A stretch of DNA of 64,000 bases from Isurus oxyrinchus (Eukaryota). The notes under the pieces are model-generated. The model searched no databases, was not told the DNA's origin, and saw only the letters and a list, made by a program, of their open reading frames with translations. The stretch covers positions 124,001 to 188,000 of the forward strand of contig JANJGN010000052.1 in NCBI GenBank assembly GCA_026770705.1. The letters are read 5' to 3'. Positions 25,523-39,045 of the stretch are shown here, piece by piece (within the stretch, counting starts at the first letter, position 1; each line of letters starts with the position of its first letter). Made by a program: the position numbers and the translations under genes.

Positions 25523-25971
25523 GTAAGTAACGGAACGATTGGAATTCACTTCCACGACCAACACCGTCCTTTGTTGATGTTGTGACTTTATAAAGACAGA
25601 TTCCAATGATTGATGCCTTTGAAAGATTTCTACTGGTTATTGAGATCTGGGTGTGAGACTCAAGTCTGTTGTACAGAACATCTTTCTAGCTCAAGGGATG
25701 AGGGAAGTGCAGAGACATGAGCTTTGGGACGTCTTGAGGTGGTGAAAGGTGCTATAGAAATGCAAATCCTTTAATGTTTTTCTTTCTTAAAGCCTTGTAA
25801 CTCTCTGCAGAGCACCTATCATCCCACAGAGAATCAATTAGTCTGTAAAGACATTGTCCAAAAACAGTTCTGATCTCTTGAGAGCTGTCGGACAAGAGGT
25901 GAGGTCTCACTAACTCCTTTCTCTTTCAGAGTTTGAGAGTCAGAAGCTTATGAAATATTTGGGAGTGGACA

Positions 25972-26011
25972 ATGATCGGGAAATCCTACTTCCTCCTGTC
26001 ACTTCTCGAAG
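25972..26011 (+). CDS. Gene B leader exon MIGKSYFLLSLLE(V)
   Basis: 40 nt, phase-1 donor gtaata. Completed by VGLSQ in the V exon. Confidence 0.8.
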
Positions 26012-27009
26012 GTAATAACGTCGTCAGCTCGGACAGTTTTATGGCTAATAGTCTTTGTAAAAGATCATTCTTATTGAGTGTGATAGGGAACTGATTCAGC
26101 AGTGAGCCAGTGTACAATCTCACACCAAGTCCCATTCACCCATCACCCCTGTGCTCACTGATATACACTGACTCCCTGTCTGACAGTAGAATTGGAGGAG
26201 AGCAGAGATCTCAGAGGGTTTTAGTGTTGGAGGTGGTTACACAGATAGAGAGTGTAGAGGGGGGATGGTGGGGTAAGAACTCGATGATGAGAATTTGAAA
26301 TTTGAGTCATTGCTGGACTGGGAGTCAGTGTAGTTCAGCCAGTGACAGGGGAGCGATCAGCTGAATAGAGAATCAGGAATACCAACTGGGGGATGAGGTC
26401 TATCCTGATGCTGGGACTCGGATAACAATGCCCTGAAATTTTGTGTCTTTTGCTGATTTTGTCAGAATTTCCCATGAAGACAACACAGCAGCTCCTAGAA
26501 TAGACAGGCTGTTCAGTGTCACACTTCCTGTCCATTCTCACCTTGCTAGATACTTCAATAAGGGAGCAAGATAACTGACAGAGAGAAGGAAGGTAAAGCT
26601 GTCTGTGTGTAAAACTGTCAAATATTCTGAGTTATCATGATTGTTTCTGATCTGCTGCAGAGTTTAAATTTCACAGAATCTGAGCACTTTGCAGCTCAGA
26701 GAGAGACCATTGACTCACTGCCTGAAAGGGCGGTGGAAGCAGATTCAACAGGAACTTTCAGAAGGGGAACTGGATAAATACTTGAAGGGGACATTTTGCA
26801 GGGCTTTGGGGGAGAGAGCAGAGGTTAGAGTGGGACTAATTGGACAGATCTTTCAAAGGCCCAGCACAGGCTCGATGGGCCAAATGGCATCCTTCATTTC
26901 CGGATCATTCTACAATCTGATAAATTAAGCCCCACATCAGTAACTCTTCAGGCTCCTGCTGCAGGGATGGATCTTTGAGAAGGACAGGGAACAAGAGGTT
27001 CCTGGTATC

Positions 27010-29400
27010 GTTTTCATATTTCTTGACAATTATATAAGTGTATAGATCTGTTGAATATTTGAGTCTCTAAAGCGTAGAGGTAATCTGCTGTTATATCGAG
27101 ATCTTGTGGTGGCAAAATTGTCTGGAGGTTTCTTTAATTGCTCACATTGATCTGTGGGATTGTCATTCTTCGATGTTGTCCCTGGTTTCAATTGACATTA
27201 CACCCTTGATGCAACTGAGGAGGCTTTAAACTAATATGGCAGGGGATCGGATCCCGAGAGGAGGTTCAACAGAGAGAGATGCACGGCCAAAATTAGAAGA
27301 GAGAGCAAATGAAACTGGAAGGCATAGAAATTATTGACCATTTAAGGCTCAAGATAGTGTGGCAAAGTTGGATTGTATTAATTTTAATGCAAGGAGTCTG
27401 ACAGACTTGCAATCTCCTGCAGGTGTAATGTTGCAGCTCCCTTGAACCTGCCAATATTGTTGAAACTTTCTGCATATTTCAATGTTATGTCATGAACTGA
27501 GCTGATGGGATAGTTTCTGAGACTGGGACAGACATAAATCCATTGGCTTTCGGCCGGACCGGACAATCATGGAAGTGGGTGGGGCCAGAAAATCCCACCC
27601 CTATGGAAACATTTTCAGTTAATTTGATGTGCCCAGAGAGATCAATAAAGACCACAATCCACAATTTATTGGCAAGCCACGTCAGGATATGTGTGAGAGG
27701 TGGAATATCGATCACCGCTCCTAGTCTCGTCGTGTACATCATCGCCATTTCCTGGTTTGTCAGTCACCACATGTATATGTTCCTGATGGGATAGCGGATG
27801 GTCATTCTTATTGCTTGAAGGTTCCCTGTTGTGCAGGGTTTGATTGGATCAGCGCACGGCTCTTTGTAGCTGCATCAGCCTTTGCTCTCGTGCCCTGCCG
27901 CTGTCAATGGCCCTTTCTGCCACAAGCCTTGCAGGATTGGTGGAAAGCTGGGCATTTCCTTGGTGCCTGCAGAAGGCCACACCTTCCACACGTCTCACTA
28001 GGTTTGGATGTTCTAGTGAGTGTGTCAACAATTGATGTTGTACTGAGGACCTGTAAGCTTCGTTGACCTGCGAGGATCACTTCGTATTTATGTCCATCCT
28101 TGAGTAGCTCTTCAATGCTATAGGTTTTGGTCTTATCTAGCAGATCTTTCTGGAAGGCTTCCATGGGAGTGGATGTAATCACCAACTCAACAACTCTGTC
28201 TGCAGGCTCTGTATTTGAAATCACAGTGCGTACCCTTTTCTCTACATCGGCTGATGAAGTGGTCTATGGATTGTGTAGGCTGATGAAATGACATAAACTC
28301 TAGTTGATGAATGTGGAGTTTCACCTGATTCTGAACCTGTCTTCCAATATCGTCCGTATCTATTGGGGATCTTTTCGCTCTTCTGCTGTTAATCCTGATG
28401 TGCTCAGCCTGTGTAGACCTTCATTCCCAATCGCGAGGTGAATTTTTATGGCTTGTTCGTCTGGTTCAGTCACACCTGAATCAGGAAACCAGAGCTCTGT
28501 ACACTGTTTAAACATTCTGAATTCAGATAGTCGGTCAGCTACATCCCAGTTCAAACTGGGGAATTTCGTGGACATTCTGACAATATTCCTTTGACCTTCC
28601 TTCTCCTACAGTATCTGGGATGAGTATCGCTTTAGCCCCTTTCACGTGCTTTTCCGAAGCTCCGCCCACGGAGACGGGTTGTGGCAGGAACACACCACGG
28701 AGTAATGGAGTCTTTGTTTTTTATTCAATTTGCTGTTCAGCAATCTCGAAGCCGCCCGTTATAATCACTAACTTCTCTGGCCTGATTTTTATAATGGTTT
28801 TTGTGTGTTTGACTCTCCCTCGCTCACTATCGATCCAGCCCACACCCTGGTCACTCGCCTTCCCTGACTGAGCTAACCCGCTGCTGGTCCTGGCGATACA
28901 CACTGTCCCACTCACTGACCTACAGGCCGTGTGCTGTAATCTCACCACGAGGGATCCGTCTGCTCCCCAGCTCTTTACTTGAGCTCTTTCCCGTCACTGT
29001 GTCTTCAAAGGTTTCCTGAGCAGTCAGTACACTGCGATTTCAACCCTCTCTGATGCTGTGTCTCTGTTGTGGTCTGACCAAAGCGTCGAGGGTCATCTCA
29101 TGTCATGTAGCTCGATCTCAGGCTGTTCACCACGTCATACCTGTACTGAATCTTGCTGCCAGAATGTTTTGCCACCACTGATCACCATGTTGTGTTTTTA
29201 TGATGATATAAAGGCACCAGCCACTGATACAGAATTGGGTAAATACATTGTGGGTTCAGTTATTTAGAACAGGGACATGAGAACAGATATACAAGGATAG
29301 AAAGCTGGGAGACACCTGCAGCCAAACTGTGTGAGCTGTGTTCTGCTCACAGGCCAAAGTGAAACTTGGACTGGATGGTGTTACCATCCCAGCTGATGTT
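27010..29400 (-). mobile_element. Internally deleted Ty3/Gypsy element in gene B intron 2
   Basis: Gag-like MSTKFPSLNWD...FRMFKQ and knuckle CGRCG..CPAFHQSCKACGRKGH. LTR-end CA plus PBS tggtg (rc) at ~29181-29190. Confidence 0.75.
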
Positions 29401-31090
29401 ACTACTGGGCAAGTCAGATCCCAGGGTGGAGCTCAGCTTGATAGGTCCTAACTTTTATTTTTTATTTAGGAATGTGGAGTGCGGCTACTGAACAGAGTCA
29501 CAGGAGTCATCTGATGAACGTCTAACAAAAGAATAAAACATTTATTAAACTAGGAAAGACAAACTATATGAAATTACTCCTTCACCCAGACCTATATCTT
29601 TGCAGATATATACAGATTCACAAAGATAACACAAGTTACAATAACTATCTTATACTATCATGTTCACACTAAGTACACAGTCCATGTAAACCAATAGACG
29701 ACCTGTGGTCAGGGACACCACACTCTTCAACCAAGTGACAGAGCCCACTTGAAACAAATGCTATGGTTCTCTCCTCATCTGTCCCCAGACGCTTGTTACA
29801 CTGTGAGCCAACCAGTCTCACTGAACTGAGATATCCATTTGAGGGTTTCCAATCTCCACTCTCCAAGAACACACTTTGGAATCTTCTCCAACATGACACT
29901 TTCACTCAGACACCTTCCACAAGGGACCACTTTCACTATTTCAAACTCTCCTTCCCATGTTCCTGTCCCCTGGATCGCCACGTGCATTCAGCCTTCCTTC
30001 CGCGCCCTGTCTCTCCAATGCTCAGCCGTGTCAATGGAACACCATGGCTTCACATGGCCGTAGTAATGAGTCACCAACCTGTGGTGTCTCCTAGGATCTT
30101 CTGGCTTCTCGCAAGCCTATTTTGCTTTAGGTCTGTGTCCTGCTGCTTCTTCCTTTATGCTTGAAGCCTTTGTCCGCTCCTCACTCTTAACTTCACTTAA
30201 CAGGGCCTTTTCCAGATTTGACTAGAAGGTTTTCTTGGGCCCTTTCTCCTGTTCCACTCGATGGTTTTGGCTTCATCTTTACTTTGGGACTGACTATCTG
30301 TCCCGCTCCTTTGCTGCTTCTCCTGGTAACTCCTTTCAACAGAACTGAAAGTACTTTTCTGTTTTTCTCTGTCTCTGTGGGTCTTTCCCTCTGGATCATT
30401 GTTGCTAGGCAACAGCACAGTTTCTTACACCTTGTATTTGTTTTGACTTCCCTTCAACAGACATAAAACCTCAATGGAATGCTGGCTTCTTCTTACGTCA
30501 AGTTCCCCCTTTTCTAAACACCCAAATACAGAAATACAAACTAAACTTGAACTTAAAGATAGACCTTATGCCTAACACACACAAATATGCATCGAACTTA
30601 CTTAAGCGAACTCCAGTTCCTAAAAATCACATGACACACTTCCCCTCGAGTGATGTCATGCTGCTGTCCCTGAAAGGCATATTACAACAGTGTTATCACT
30701 TGGCAGGTGATGTGTGCCAGGCAGACCAAGTCCATGAGAGGAACTTGGTCTCACTATCATAATGATTTTGCAATTGGTATTTGTTATGATTGTGCACTGA
30801 ATTCAGAAGCAATAACTCCATCAAGACATTTAGAGATTTAAAACAATAAATTAAAATATTTGTCATCAAAATAAAAGATTTCAAGCACATACATAAGACT
30901 ACAATGACTGCTATAATAACTCCTAAAATTCCTAATTAACCTGACTCCCAGTTACACTTCCTTTAAGGCAACAGACCAAAAATAAATGTTAGATTTAAAA
31001 CAAACTCAGCAAGTTAACACAATGCCCTGGACAGTGGAATTCCAAATGGATTTTCCCCAACTTCAGTTCTGTTGCAGAGCAGGTTTGTAC
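29398..31090. mobile_element. Nested LTR-like insertions (TG...CA bounded)
   Basis: tgttac...atgaca boundaries and similarity to the solo-LTR-like elements at 41.5 and 47.0 kb. Family not determined. Confidence 0.4.
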
Positions 31091-31311
31091 ACAAACAGGG
31101 TCCTGAGGACCATGAGCCAATGTAGCATGAATATTTCCGCTTTTGTGTCCAGGATTCTCTTCTATCCATTGTGAAACACTGGGGAGATCCCTGTGTGTCC
31201 TGTAGATGGTCCACACTGCAGCCACTCTGACCCCGTGAAGGAGGGGGTGGATATCGAGTCTAGTAGATCTACAAACCATCCAGAGTTAAATATTGATATT
31301 TCTCTCCCCAG

Positions 31312-31689
31312 TTGGACTGTCACAAGAGTGGAAAGGTGAAACTCCACGACAGGTGATAGCGCAGGAAGGTTCGTGTGTCCAGATTCCATGTAACTACAGT
31401 TATCCAGCACGTGTAGTAGGGAGAGCACGTGTCGGAATCTGGTACGTGAAATGGTACACATGGAATACAAGGTCTAGAGGGACTATAGCTTTTCACTCCA
31501 AGGATCACAATCGCGAGTTAACACGGTTCCGCAATAGGACACGGCTGTCTGGAGACCTGAAAGATGGCGACTGTTCCCTGATTATAAACAACATCAGACG
31601 GGAAGATGCACATTATTATTATTTCAGAATAGAATTTGACAGCAGCAATAGTTACAGCTACTATCCTGCAACCCAGCTTCACGTTTCTG
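31312..31689 (+). CDS. Gene B first V-set sialic-acid-binding-type domain (V2)
   Basis: 378 nt, phase 1-1. Siglec hallmarks: N-terminal Trp (EWKG), GSCVQIPC, DCSL, no F-strand Cys, essential Arg in YYFRIE, G-strand YSY. Confidence 0.92.
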
Positions 31690-31899
31690 GTAAGTGCTGT
31701 GTTATAATTACTCAACAATTCACATCCAACACTCAATGGGAAATAATAGTGTTTGATTTGCTTGTTTTTTGGCCGTGTTAACCAGCTTCACTATTTTTAA
31801 TGATTTGTCTATTTCTGCTCCCAGATCCATGAGCTTATTGTGTGTGATTGAATCCACATCATAGCTGTAACGTAAACCGAGCTGAGGGATGATGACACT

Positions 31900-33590
31900 T
31901 CCCCCCTGAGTGAAGTGTCTCCTCCCCACTACACCTTCCACCCCTCACACTGTCCGTGCAAACCCCCGTCCCATCTCCAGCCTCTCGTTCCCCTCCAAAG
32001 TCCTTGAACGTGTTTCCATTTCCCGAATCCATTCCCATCTTTCCCGGAACTCCATGTTTGAATCCCTCCAATCAGGTTCCCACCCCAGCCACTGTGCTGA
32101 AACAGCTCTTATCAAGGTCACAAATGGCATCCTGTGTGACTGTGACAAAGGTCAACTTTCCCTCCTCGTCCTTCTCGATCTGTCTGCAGCCTTTGACACG
32201 CTCGACCACACCATCCTCCTCCAACCCCTCTCCACTGTGGTCCAGCTGGGTGGGACTGCTCTCCCCTGGCTCCATTCTTATCCATCTCATCGTAGCCAGA
32301 GAATCACTTGCAATGGCTTTGCAGCATCATCTGAACAGTGTTACTTTTCACCTGTCCACTGAGGATCCCCAGCTCTACCTCACCACCACCTCTCTCGACT
32401 CCTCCACTGCTGCTAAATTATCAAGCTGCTTATCCGACATCCAGTACTGGATGGGCAGAAATTCCCTCCAATTAAATATTGGAAAGACTGAGGCCATTGT
32501 CTTCATTCCCCGCTCCAAACTCTGTTCCCTCGCTACCAACTCCATTCCACTCCCTGGCAGCTCTCTGAGATTGAAGCCAATCTGTTCACAGCTTTGTTGT
32601 CCCATTTGATCCTGAGATGAGCTTCCGGCCTCATATCTGCACCCTCACTAACACCGTCTATTTCCACCTGCGTAACATCGCACGACGTCACCCTGTCTCA
32701 GCTCATCTGCTGCTGAAACCCTCATCCACACCTTCATTACCTCCAGACTCGACTGTTCCAACACACGCTCTACACTCCATAAACTTGAGGCCATCCAAAA
32801 CTGCTGACCACATCCTTACTCACACCAAGTCCCGTTCCCTTATCACCCACTCTGCTCGATGACCGAGACTGGCTCCTGGTCAAGCAAAGTCTCAATGTCC
32901 AAATTTACATCTTTGTTTCCGCACTATCCCTGTAATCTCCTCATCCTCCTACAGTACCTACAACACTCCCTATCTCTGTAACCTCTTCAATTGTCTACAA
33001 CCATCCCTATCTCTGTAACCTCTTCAAGCTCCTATCACTTCCCTATAGCTGTAAATTCATCCTGCCCAACAAACCTACCAATCTCTGCAACCTCCTCCAG
33101 CCACTACAACTCTCCCTATTTCTGTAACTTCCTCCTGCCCCTAAAAGCTTCCCTATCTCTGTAGCCTGCTCCAGTCACTACAACCTTCCTTCTCTCTGTA
33201 ACCTCCTCCAGCCCCTACATCCCTCACAATCTCTGTAACCTCCACCAGCCCCTCCAACCCTCTGATGTCTCTGCACTCCTCCAATTCCAGCCTCTTGACC
33301 ATCCCCCGGTCCCATCACTCCAACATCAGCGTCCATGCCTTCAGCTGCCTGGGGCCCGAGCTCTGTAATACCCTCCCTCAACCCCTCTCCATCCCTCTCT
33401 CTCACTCTCTCTATCTCTCTCTCTCTCTCTCTTTGTCTCTTTCTCTCTGTCTCTCCATAACACCGAACTCTTCTGGTCAGCTGTTCCTAATATCTCCACA
33501 TGTGTCTGGGTGACATACTTTGTTTTATGACGCTCCTGTGTAGCACCTTGGGGTGATTTGTCATGTTCAAGTTGTTGTGTAAATATAAGT
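31900..33590 (+). mobile_element. L2-clade LINE RT/3' fragment with internal ~37-bp tandem repeats
   Basis: Peptides RPISSLSFPSKVLER, ETALIKVTN, SLLVLLDLSAAFDTLDH and LQLNIGKTE. Confidence 0.9.
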
Positions 33591-34139
33591 TGTTGCCCTT
33601 TGACCCTTGACCCCAGCTTGAGTCTTATTTTTGACGGAATGTACAACCTCCTTAGATTTCTGACCAAAATGTCATTTGATTATTTTTATTGAGCGAATGC
33701 CAAGACCCGATACCGAGCGAGAGCCTCCTCATTTGCTGAGTTTAAGGTGATGAGTCAGCCCCTTAGTCCGTAGAGGGGATTCTCCTCGGTAATGTGCAGC
33801 CTTGTTTGTGTCTCTCCACAAGCGCATGAGGGGTTTGTACAGAGGCTGCAGCGCTGGAGGGCGTCTGCACAGGGGTCCTGGCCTGTCCTGAGCCGGTTTT
33901 AGCAAGGACAACTCTGGCCTTGGCAGCTGAAAGCCAGCCATTGGACAGACGGGGCCTGTCACAAGGAGCCTGCTAGTCACTCCCCCCAGTGTCTCCTGTG
34001 CTCAGATCCAGACCATGTTGGCTGGTGGATCTGGCTCAGGAAGGGTCCTCCCCATGGGACCCCCAGATGGAAGGTGGGTCGAGCGGGTCAGTCACTTGCA
34101 TGTTTATTCTGCAGCTTTAATATTTTAAGAAGGTAAGAA

Positions 34140-34965
34140 TGTAGGAACATAAGAAATAGGGACAGGAGCAGGCCATTCGGCCCCTTGAGCCTGCTCTCAC
34201 TGATCTGGTGGTGGCCTTAACTCCATTTTCCTGCCTGACACAAACCCTTGACTCCCTTGTCGATCAAAAACCTGCCTCACTCAGCCTTGAGTCTATTCAA
34301 TGGCCCAGCCTCCACTGCTCTCTGGGGAAGAGAATTCCACAGGCTAGCGCCCCTCTGAGAGAGGAAATTCCTCCTCATCTCAGTCTTAAATGGGAGAGCC
34401 CTCATTCCGAAACTGTGCTCCCTGGTTCTAGATTCCCCCACGAGGGGGAAACATCCTCCCAGCATCCACCCTGTCAAGCCCCCTCGGAATCGGATATGTT
34501 TCAATAAGGTCACCACTCATTCTTCTAAACTCCAATGGATACAGGCCCAACCTGCTCAACATTTCCTCACAGGACAAACCCCTTAATCCCAGGAATCAGC
34601 CCAGTGAACCTCCTCTGGACTGCGTTCAATGCAGAGTCTATCCCTCCCTAAGTAAGGAGACCAGAACTGTACACACTGCTCCTGATACAATCTCACCCTG
34701 TGCAGCTGTTGCAAGTCTTCCCTCCTTTTATACTCCATCCCTTTGCAATAAAGGCCAACATTCCACTTGCCTTCCTCATTCCGTGGTGTTCCTGAATGCT
34801 GACTTTCTGTGATTCATGTACAAGGACACCCAGATCCCTCTGTACTGCATTCTGCAGCCTGTCTCCATTTAAATAATATCCTGTTTTTCTATTCTTCCTG
34901 CCAAAATAATTTGTTGCCATTCTCCTCAGTATTGACCATCCCCCCAATTCAGCCTCATCTGTAAA
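34140..34965 (-). mobile_element. CR1 LINE 3' fragment abutting the V3 acceptor region
   Basis: Peptides QRDLGVLVHESQKV and FLSQRGASLWNSLP. Confidence 0.85.
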
Positions 34966-35025
34966 TATCGGTTTCAGTGGATCCACAAACCATCCAGAGT
35001 TAAATATTGAGATTTCTCTCCCCAG

Positions 35026-35394
35026 ATGAACCCTCACAAGAGTGGAAAGGTGACATTCCACGAGAGGTGACAGCGCAGGAAGGTTCGTGTGTACAGATTC
35101 CATGTCATTACAGTTATCCATCGTGTCTGGAAAACCAACCGCGAGGTGGAGTCTGGTTTAATAATGAGAAACAGATTCCCTGGGCTCCCATTGCCTTTCA
35201 CTCCAAGGATCACAGTCACGAGTTACCACGGTTCCGCCATCGGACTCGGCTGTCTGGAGACCTGAAAGATGGCGACTGTTCCCTGATTATAAACAACATC
35301 AGATGGGAAGATGCAGGACCTTATTTTTTCAAGATAGAATTTGACAATGGTCCGAGCCATAACTATTACCCTGTAACCCAGCTTTACGTTTCTG
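35026..35394 (+). CDS. Gene B second V-set domain (V3), essential Arg replaced by Lys
   Basis: 369 nt, phase 1-1, open. Begins DEPSQEWKG. YFFKIE (AAG 35331-35333) and an extra Cys (TGT 35124-35126). Confidence 0.88.
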
Positions 35395-36207
35395 GTAAGT
35401 GCTGTGTTATAATTACTCAACAATTCACATTCAACACTCAATGGGAAATAACACAAACTGTGACGTTTACATATTAACACAAAACACAGCTTATTATAAC
35501 ACACTGTCTGATTCTCAATAACCTGGTGATAGCTTCCAGTTCAGTCCTAAAGCAACCTCTAATACTCACTTTAATATCAATGATTAAATGTATTGACTGT
35601 GTCCATCAATGTTATCAGGATATCCACTCCCATCGATCTCCGTAACCCTGTTTGACAGTCTTACATATCGACAAAAGAAAGATTCGCATTTCTATAGCAC
35701 CTTTCAACATCTCTGTACGTCACAAATGGATTCACAACCAATGAAATAATTCTTGAAATGTAGCCCTTGTTGTAATATGGGAAACACAGCAGCCAATTTA
35801 TTCACAGCAAGCTCCCAGAAACAGCTATGTGATCAATAACCTGATCATCTGCTTTTGATGCCGGTTCAGTGATTGGTTCAAATGGATTCTCTCCTGCTGG
35901 GGACAGGATAGAATTTAAATCTGGCAGATTTCGGAGAAAGTAACAAGCCAGTGTGCCAGGAACTGTGAGCTGCTCCCCCACCCTCACCTGGGATTGTCAA
36001 TTCAATTGTCTCAAAGTGGAAATGAATTCATCTGAGTGACAGAAACTCCACTAAGTCTGAAAATAGGAAATTCTCTCCTGATCGTTGTAACCTCTCAGTT
36101 CTGATATCATCCTTGTAAAAGTGCTTTCTCTTGTGGGACTGTGATTTCTATTTGAACTGATGCTTCACATTATATTTCTCTAAAAGGATCCATTCTCTGT
36201 CTGTTAG

Positions 36208-36504
36208 ATTTCACAGATAAACCCACGATATTCCCTGCTGAAATTATTGCAGGAAAGCGTGTGGATGTAAGCTGCACCTTCAACACAACGTGCAATGGAA
36301 CAGCAGCACCTGTCTTAACCTGGGACACTCCCACTGACGTGCCTGGATCAGTCTCAAACACTGTAACTCAGCATGGTGTCACTCTGACCTATACTTCTGT
36401 TCTGACCCTGATCCCATCACTCAAACACCACGGACACACTCTCAGCTGCAGAGTGAGATATCCATCTGTTTCATCGGAGCGGACCCTCGTACTAACTGTA
36501 CAAT
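36208..36504 (+). CDS. Gene B C2-set Ig domain
   Basis: 297 nt, AG/GT, phase 1-1, open. CTFNTTC carries the Siglec inter-domain Cys. Confidence 0.9.
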
Positions 36505-36701
36505 GTAAGTATGGACACCCTTCATTCTATATTAGCGGTATTAGGATATAATGTGCTGGGCAAGATCCCACAAACTTCACTGGGTTGAAGACAAAACTGG
36601 TCCTTTTTTAATGAGTGATATTGAGCAGGGAGAGCTCTTCCTTGTATTGACCCTTGGGATTGTTTATCCCAACCTGATAGGGCAGAGGGGGCCCAGGTTG
36701 T

Positions 36702-36768
36702 GACTATCAGTGTGTGGCAGAGAATGAACATGGAGCAGTGGAGGGGTTCATAACCATCACTGTGGAAT
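36702..36768 (+). pseudogene. Gene B: 3' remnant of the 282-nt Ig exon (probably skipped)
   Basis: Only [22 protein letters not shown] and the donor remain. No pyrimidine tract. Confidence 0.8.
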
Positions 36769-36809
36769 GTGAGTGTGGAGATACATTTGTTTGTTTGTTG
36801 TCTCCGTGG

Positions 36810-37098
36810 TCTCCGTGGAGCCGTTGGGATCGTGTTGTTTTTAATCCAGTTTTCTTCAATCCTCGCTCAGTCCACGTTATCCACACATCCAATTTTTCCT
36901 CTCCCTTTCTGTTTTTGCTCTCAGTTTCTCCTTCAATGGTTGTGAGGACAAGGCTGTCAGGTCTTCGTTTCCAATCTCCGTACTTGACGACCTTTCTCTC
37001 TCTAACTGTCCTGAACAACCCTTTTAATTGCTGAACATCTCCTCTTGATCTAAGCCACTCATTGGTCTTTCTGTCCATCCAGCTGATTCTGAGCATCT
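36810..37098 (-). mobile_element. RTE-clade LINE 3' fragment
   Basis: Peptide MLRISWMDRKTNEW...IEG..KNRKG. Confidence 0.6.
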
Positions 37099-38150
37099 GG
37101 CAGCATCTGTGGAGAGAAAGACAGGGTTAGTGTTTGGAGTCTGTATGACTCCTCTTCAGAGCTAAAGGGAAGTAGACATGTGGTGAAATATATCCTGTCT
37201 AAGGGGGGGCGATGGGACAGGTGGAGCTGGATAGAAAACCAGCGATAGGTGGAGGCAATGGAGAGATTGTGGAAGATGTCATAAACAAAAGGTCAAAGGG
37301 TTGTTAACAGTGGTGGTATTGGATAAAGGAGGTGCTAATGGTGACATTAAGCAGAGTGTGATAATGGGCGGACCAGGGTAAGCACTCTGGAAAGAGACAG
37401 ATGGCCCTCGTTGGGGTGTGGCAGGGGGAGGGGACGGTGGAGGGAATAAAGATTGAAAATAGACTAAAATCTGTGGATAAAACAATCAATAAAAATGGAA
37501 ATGAATTTCAAATAATAATAATAAAAATAAGGGGAAAACAGTTAACAAAAAATACAATTAAAATGAATACATAAAAAAGGGTTCAAAAAGCAGTGAAGAT
37601 CGAGGAGAGAGTTCATGATCTGAAATTGTTGAACTCAATATTCAGTCGGGAAGGCTGTAAAGTGCCAGGTCGGAAGATGAGGTGTTGTTCCTCCAGTTTG
37701 TGTTGGGCTTCACTGGAACAATGCAGCAGGCCAAGGACGGACATGTGGGCATGAGAGCAGGGTGGGGTGTTAAAATGGCAAGCGACAGGGAGGTCTGGGT
37801 CATGCTTGTGGACAGACCGAAGGTGTTCATCAGAGCGAACACCCAGTCTGCGTTTGGTCTGTCCCATGTAGAGGAGACCACATTGGGAGCAGTGAATGCA
37901 GTAGATTAAATTGAAGGAAGTGTACATGAAGCGCTGCTTCACCTGGAAGGAGTGTTTGGGTCATTGGACAGTGAGGGGGGAGGAAGTAAAGGGGCAGGTG
38001 TTGCACCTTCTGTAAATGCATGGGAAGATGTCATCGGAGAGGGTTGAGGTGCTAGGGGTGATGGAGGAGTGGACCAGGGTGTCCTGGAGGGAATGATCCC
38101 TGTGGAATGCCAACGGGGTGGGAGTGAAGGAAAGATGCTTTTGATGGTGG
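37095..38150 (-). mobile_element. Penelope-like element 3' end
   Basis: GIY-YIG-type peptide NLIYCIHCSQCGLLYMGQTKRRL. Confidence 0.85.
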
Positions 38151-38154
38151 TCAC

Positions 38155-39045
38155 ATTTTGTCCGAAGGAGGTGAGAAATGAGGGAGGGAATTCCAGAGGT
38201 TAGGATCCAGGCAGCTGAAGGCACGGCTGCCAATGGTGGAGCGATAGGAATCGGGGGAAGGTCAAGAGGCTGGAATTGGAGGTGCACAGAGATCTCAGAG
38301 GGTTGTAGAGGCTGGAGGAGTTTACAGAGATAAGGAAGGTTGTAGGGGCTGGAGGAGGTTACAGAGATAGGGAGGGGTGTAGGGGCTGGAGGAGGTTACA
38401 GAGATAGGGAGTGTTGTAGGGGCTGGATGAGGTTACAGAGATAGTGAGGGTTGAAGGGTCTGGAGGAGGTTACAGAGATAGGGAGGGTTGTAGAGGCTGG
38501 AGGAGTTTACAGAGATAGGGAGGGTTGTGGGGGCTGGAGGAGGTTACAGAGTTAGGGAGGGTTGTGGGGGCTGGAGGAGGTTACAGAGGTAGAGAGGGTT
38601 GTGGGGGCTGGAGGAGGTTACATAGATAGGGAGGGGTGTAGGGATGGAAGGTGGTTGCGGAGTTAGCGAGTTTTATATGGGCTGTAGGAGGTTACAGGGA
38701 TAGGGACGGTTGTGGGGGTTGGAGGAGGTTACAGAGATAGGGAGGGTTATAGGTGCTGAAGGAGGTAACAGAGATAGGGAGGGTTATAGGGGCTGGAGGA
38801 GGTAACAGAGATAGGGAGGGGGTAAGGAGGGATTTGAAACGATGTGAATTTTAAAATTGTGGCATTGTCGGACCGGGAGCCAGTGTAGCTCAGTGACCAA
38901 CAGGGAGTGATGTGTGAGTTAGGACATGGGGACAGCAGAGTTTAGGATGAGCTGATGTTTATGGAGAGTGAAAGATGGGAGGTCGGGCAGGAGAGTGTTG
39001 GGATAGTTGAGTGCAGAGGTAACAAAGGCAGGAATGAGTGTTTCA
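38155..39045 (-). mobile_element. L2 3' fragment with 37-bp minisatellite (38300-38820)
   Basis: GGGAGGGTTGTAGGGGCTGGAGGAGGTTACAGAGATA repeated ~14 times. Reverse of the repeat at ~32925-33260. Confidence 0.75.
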
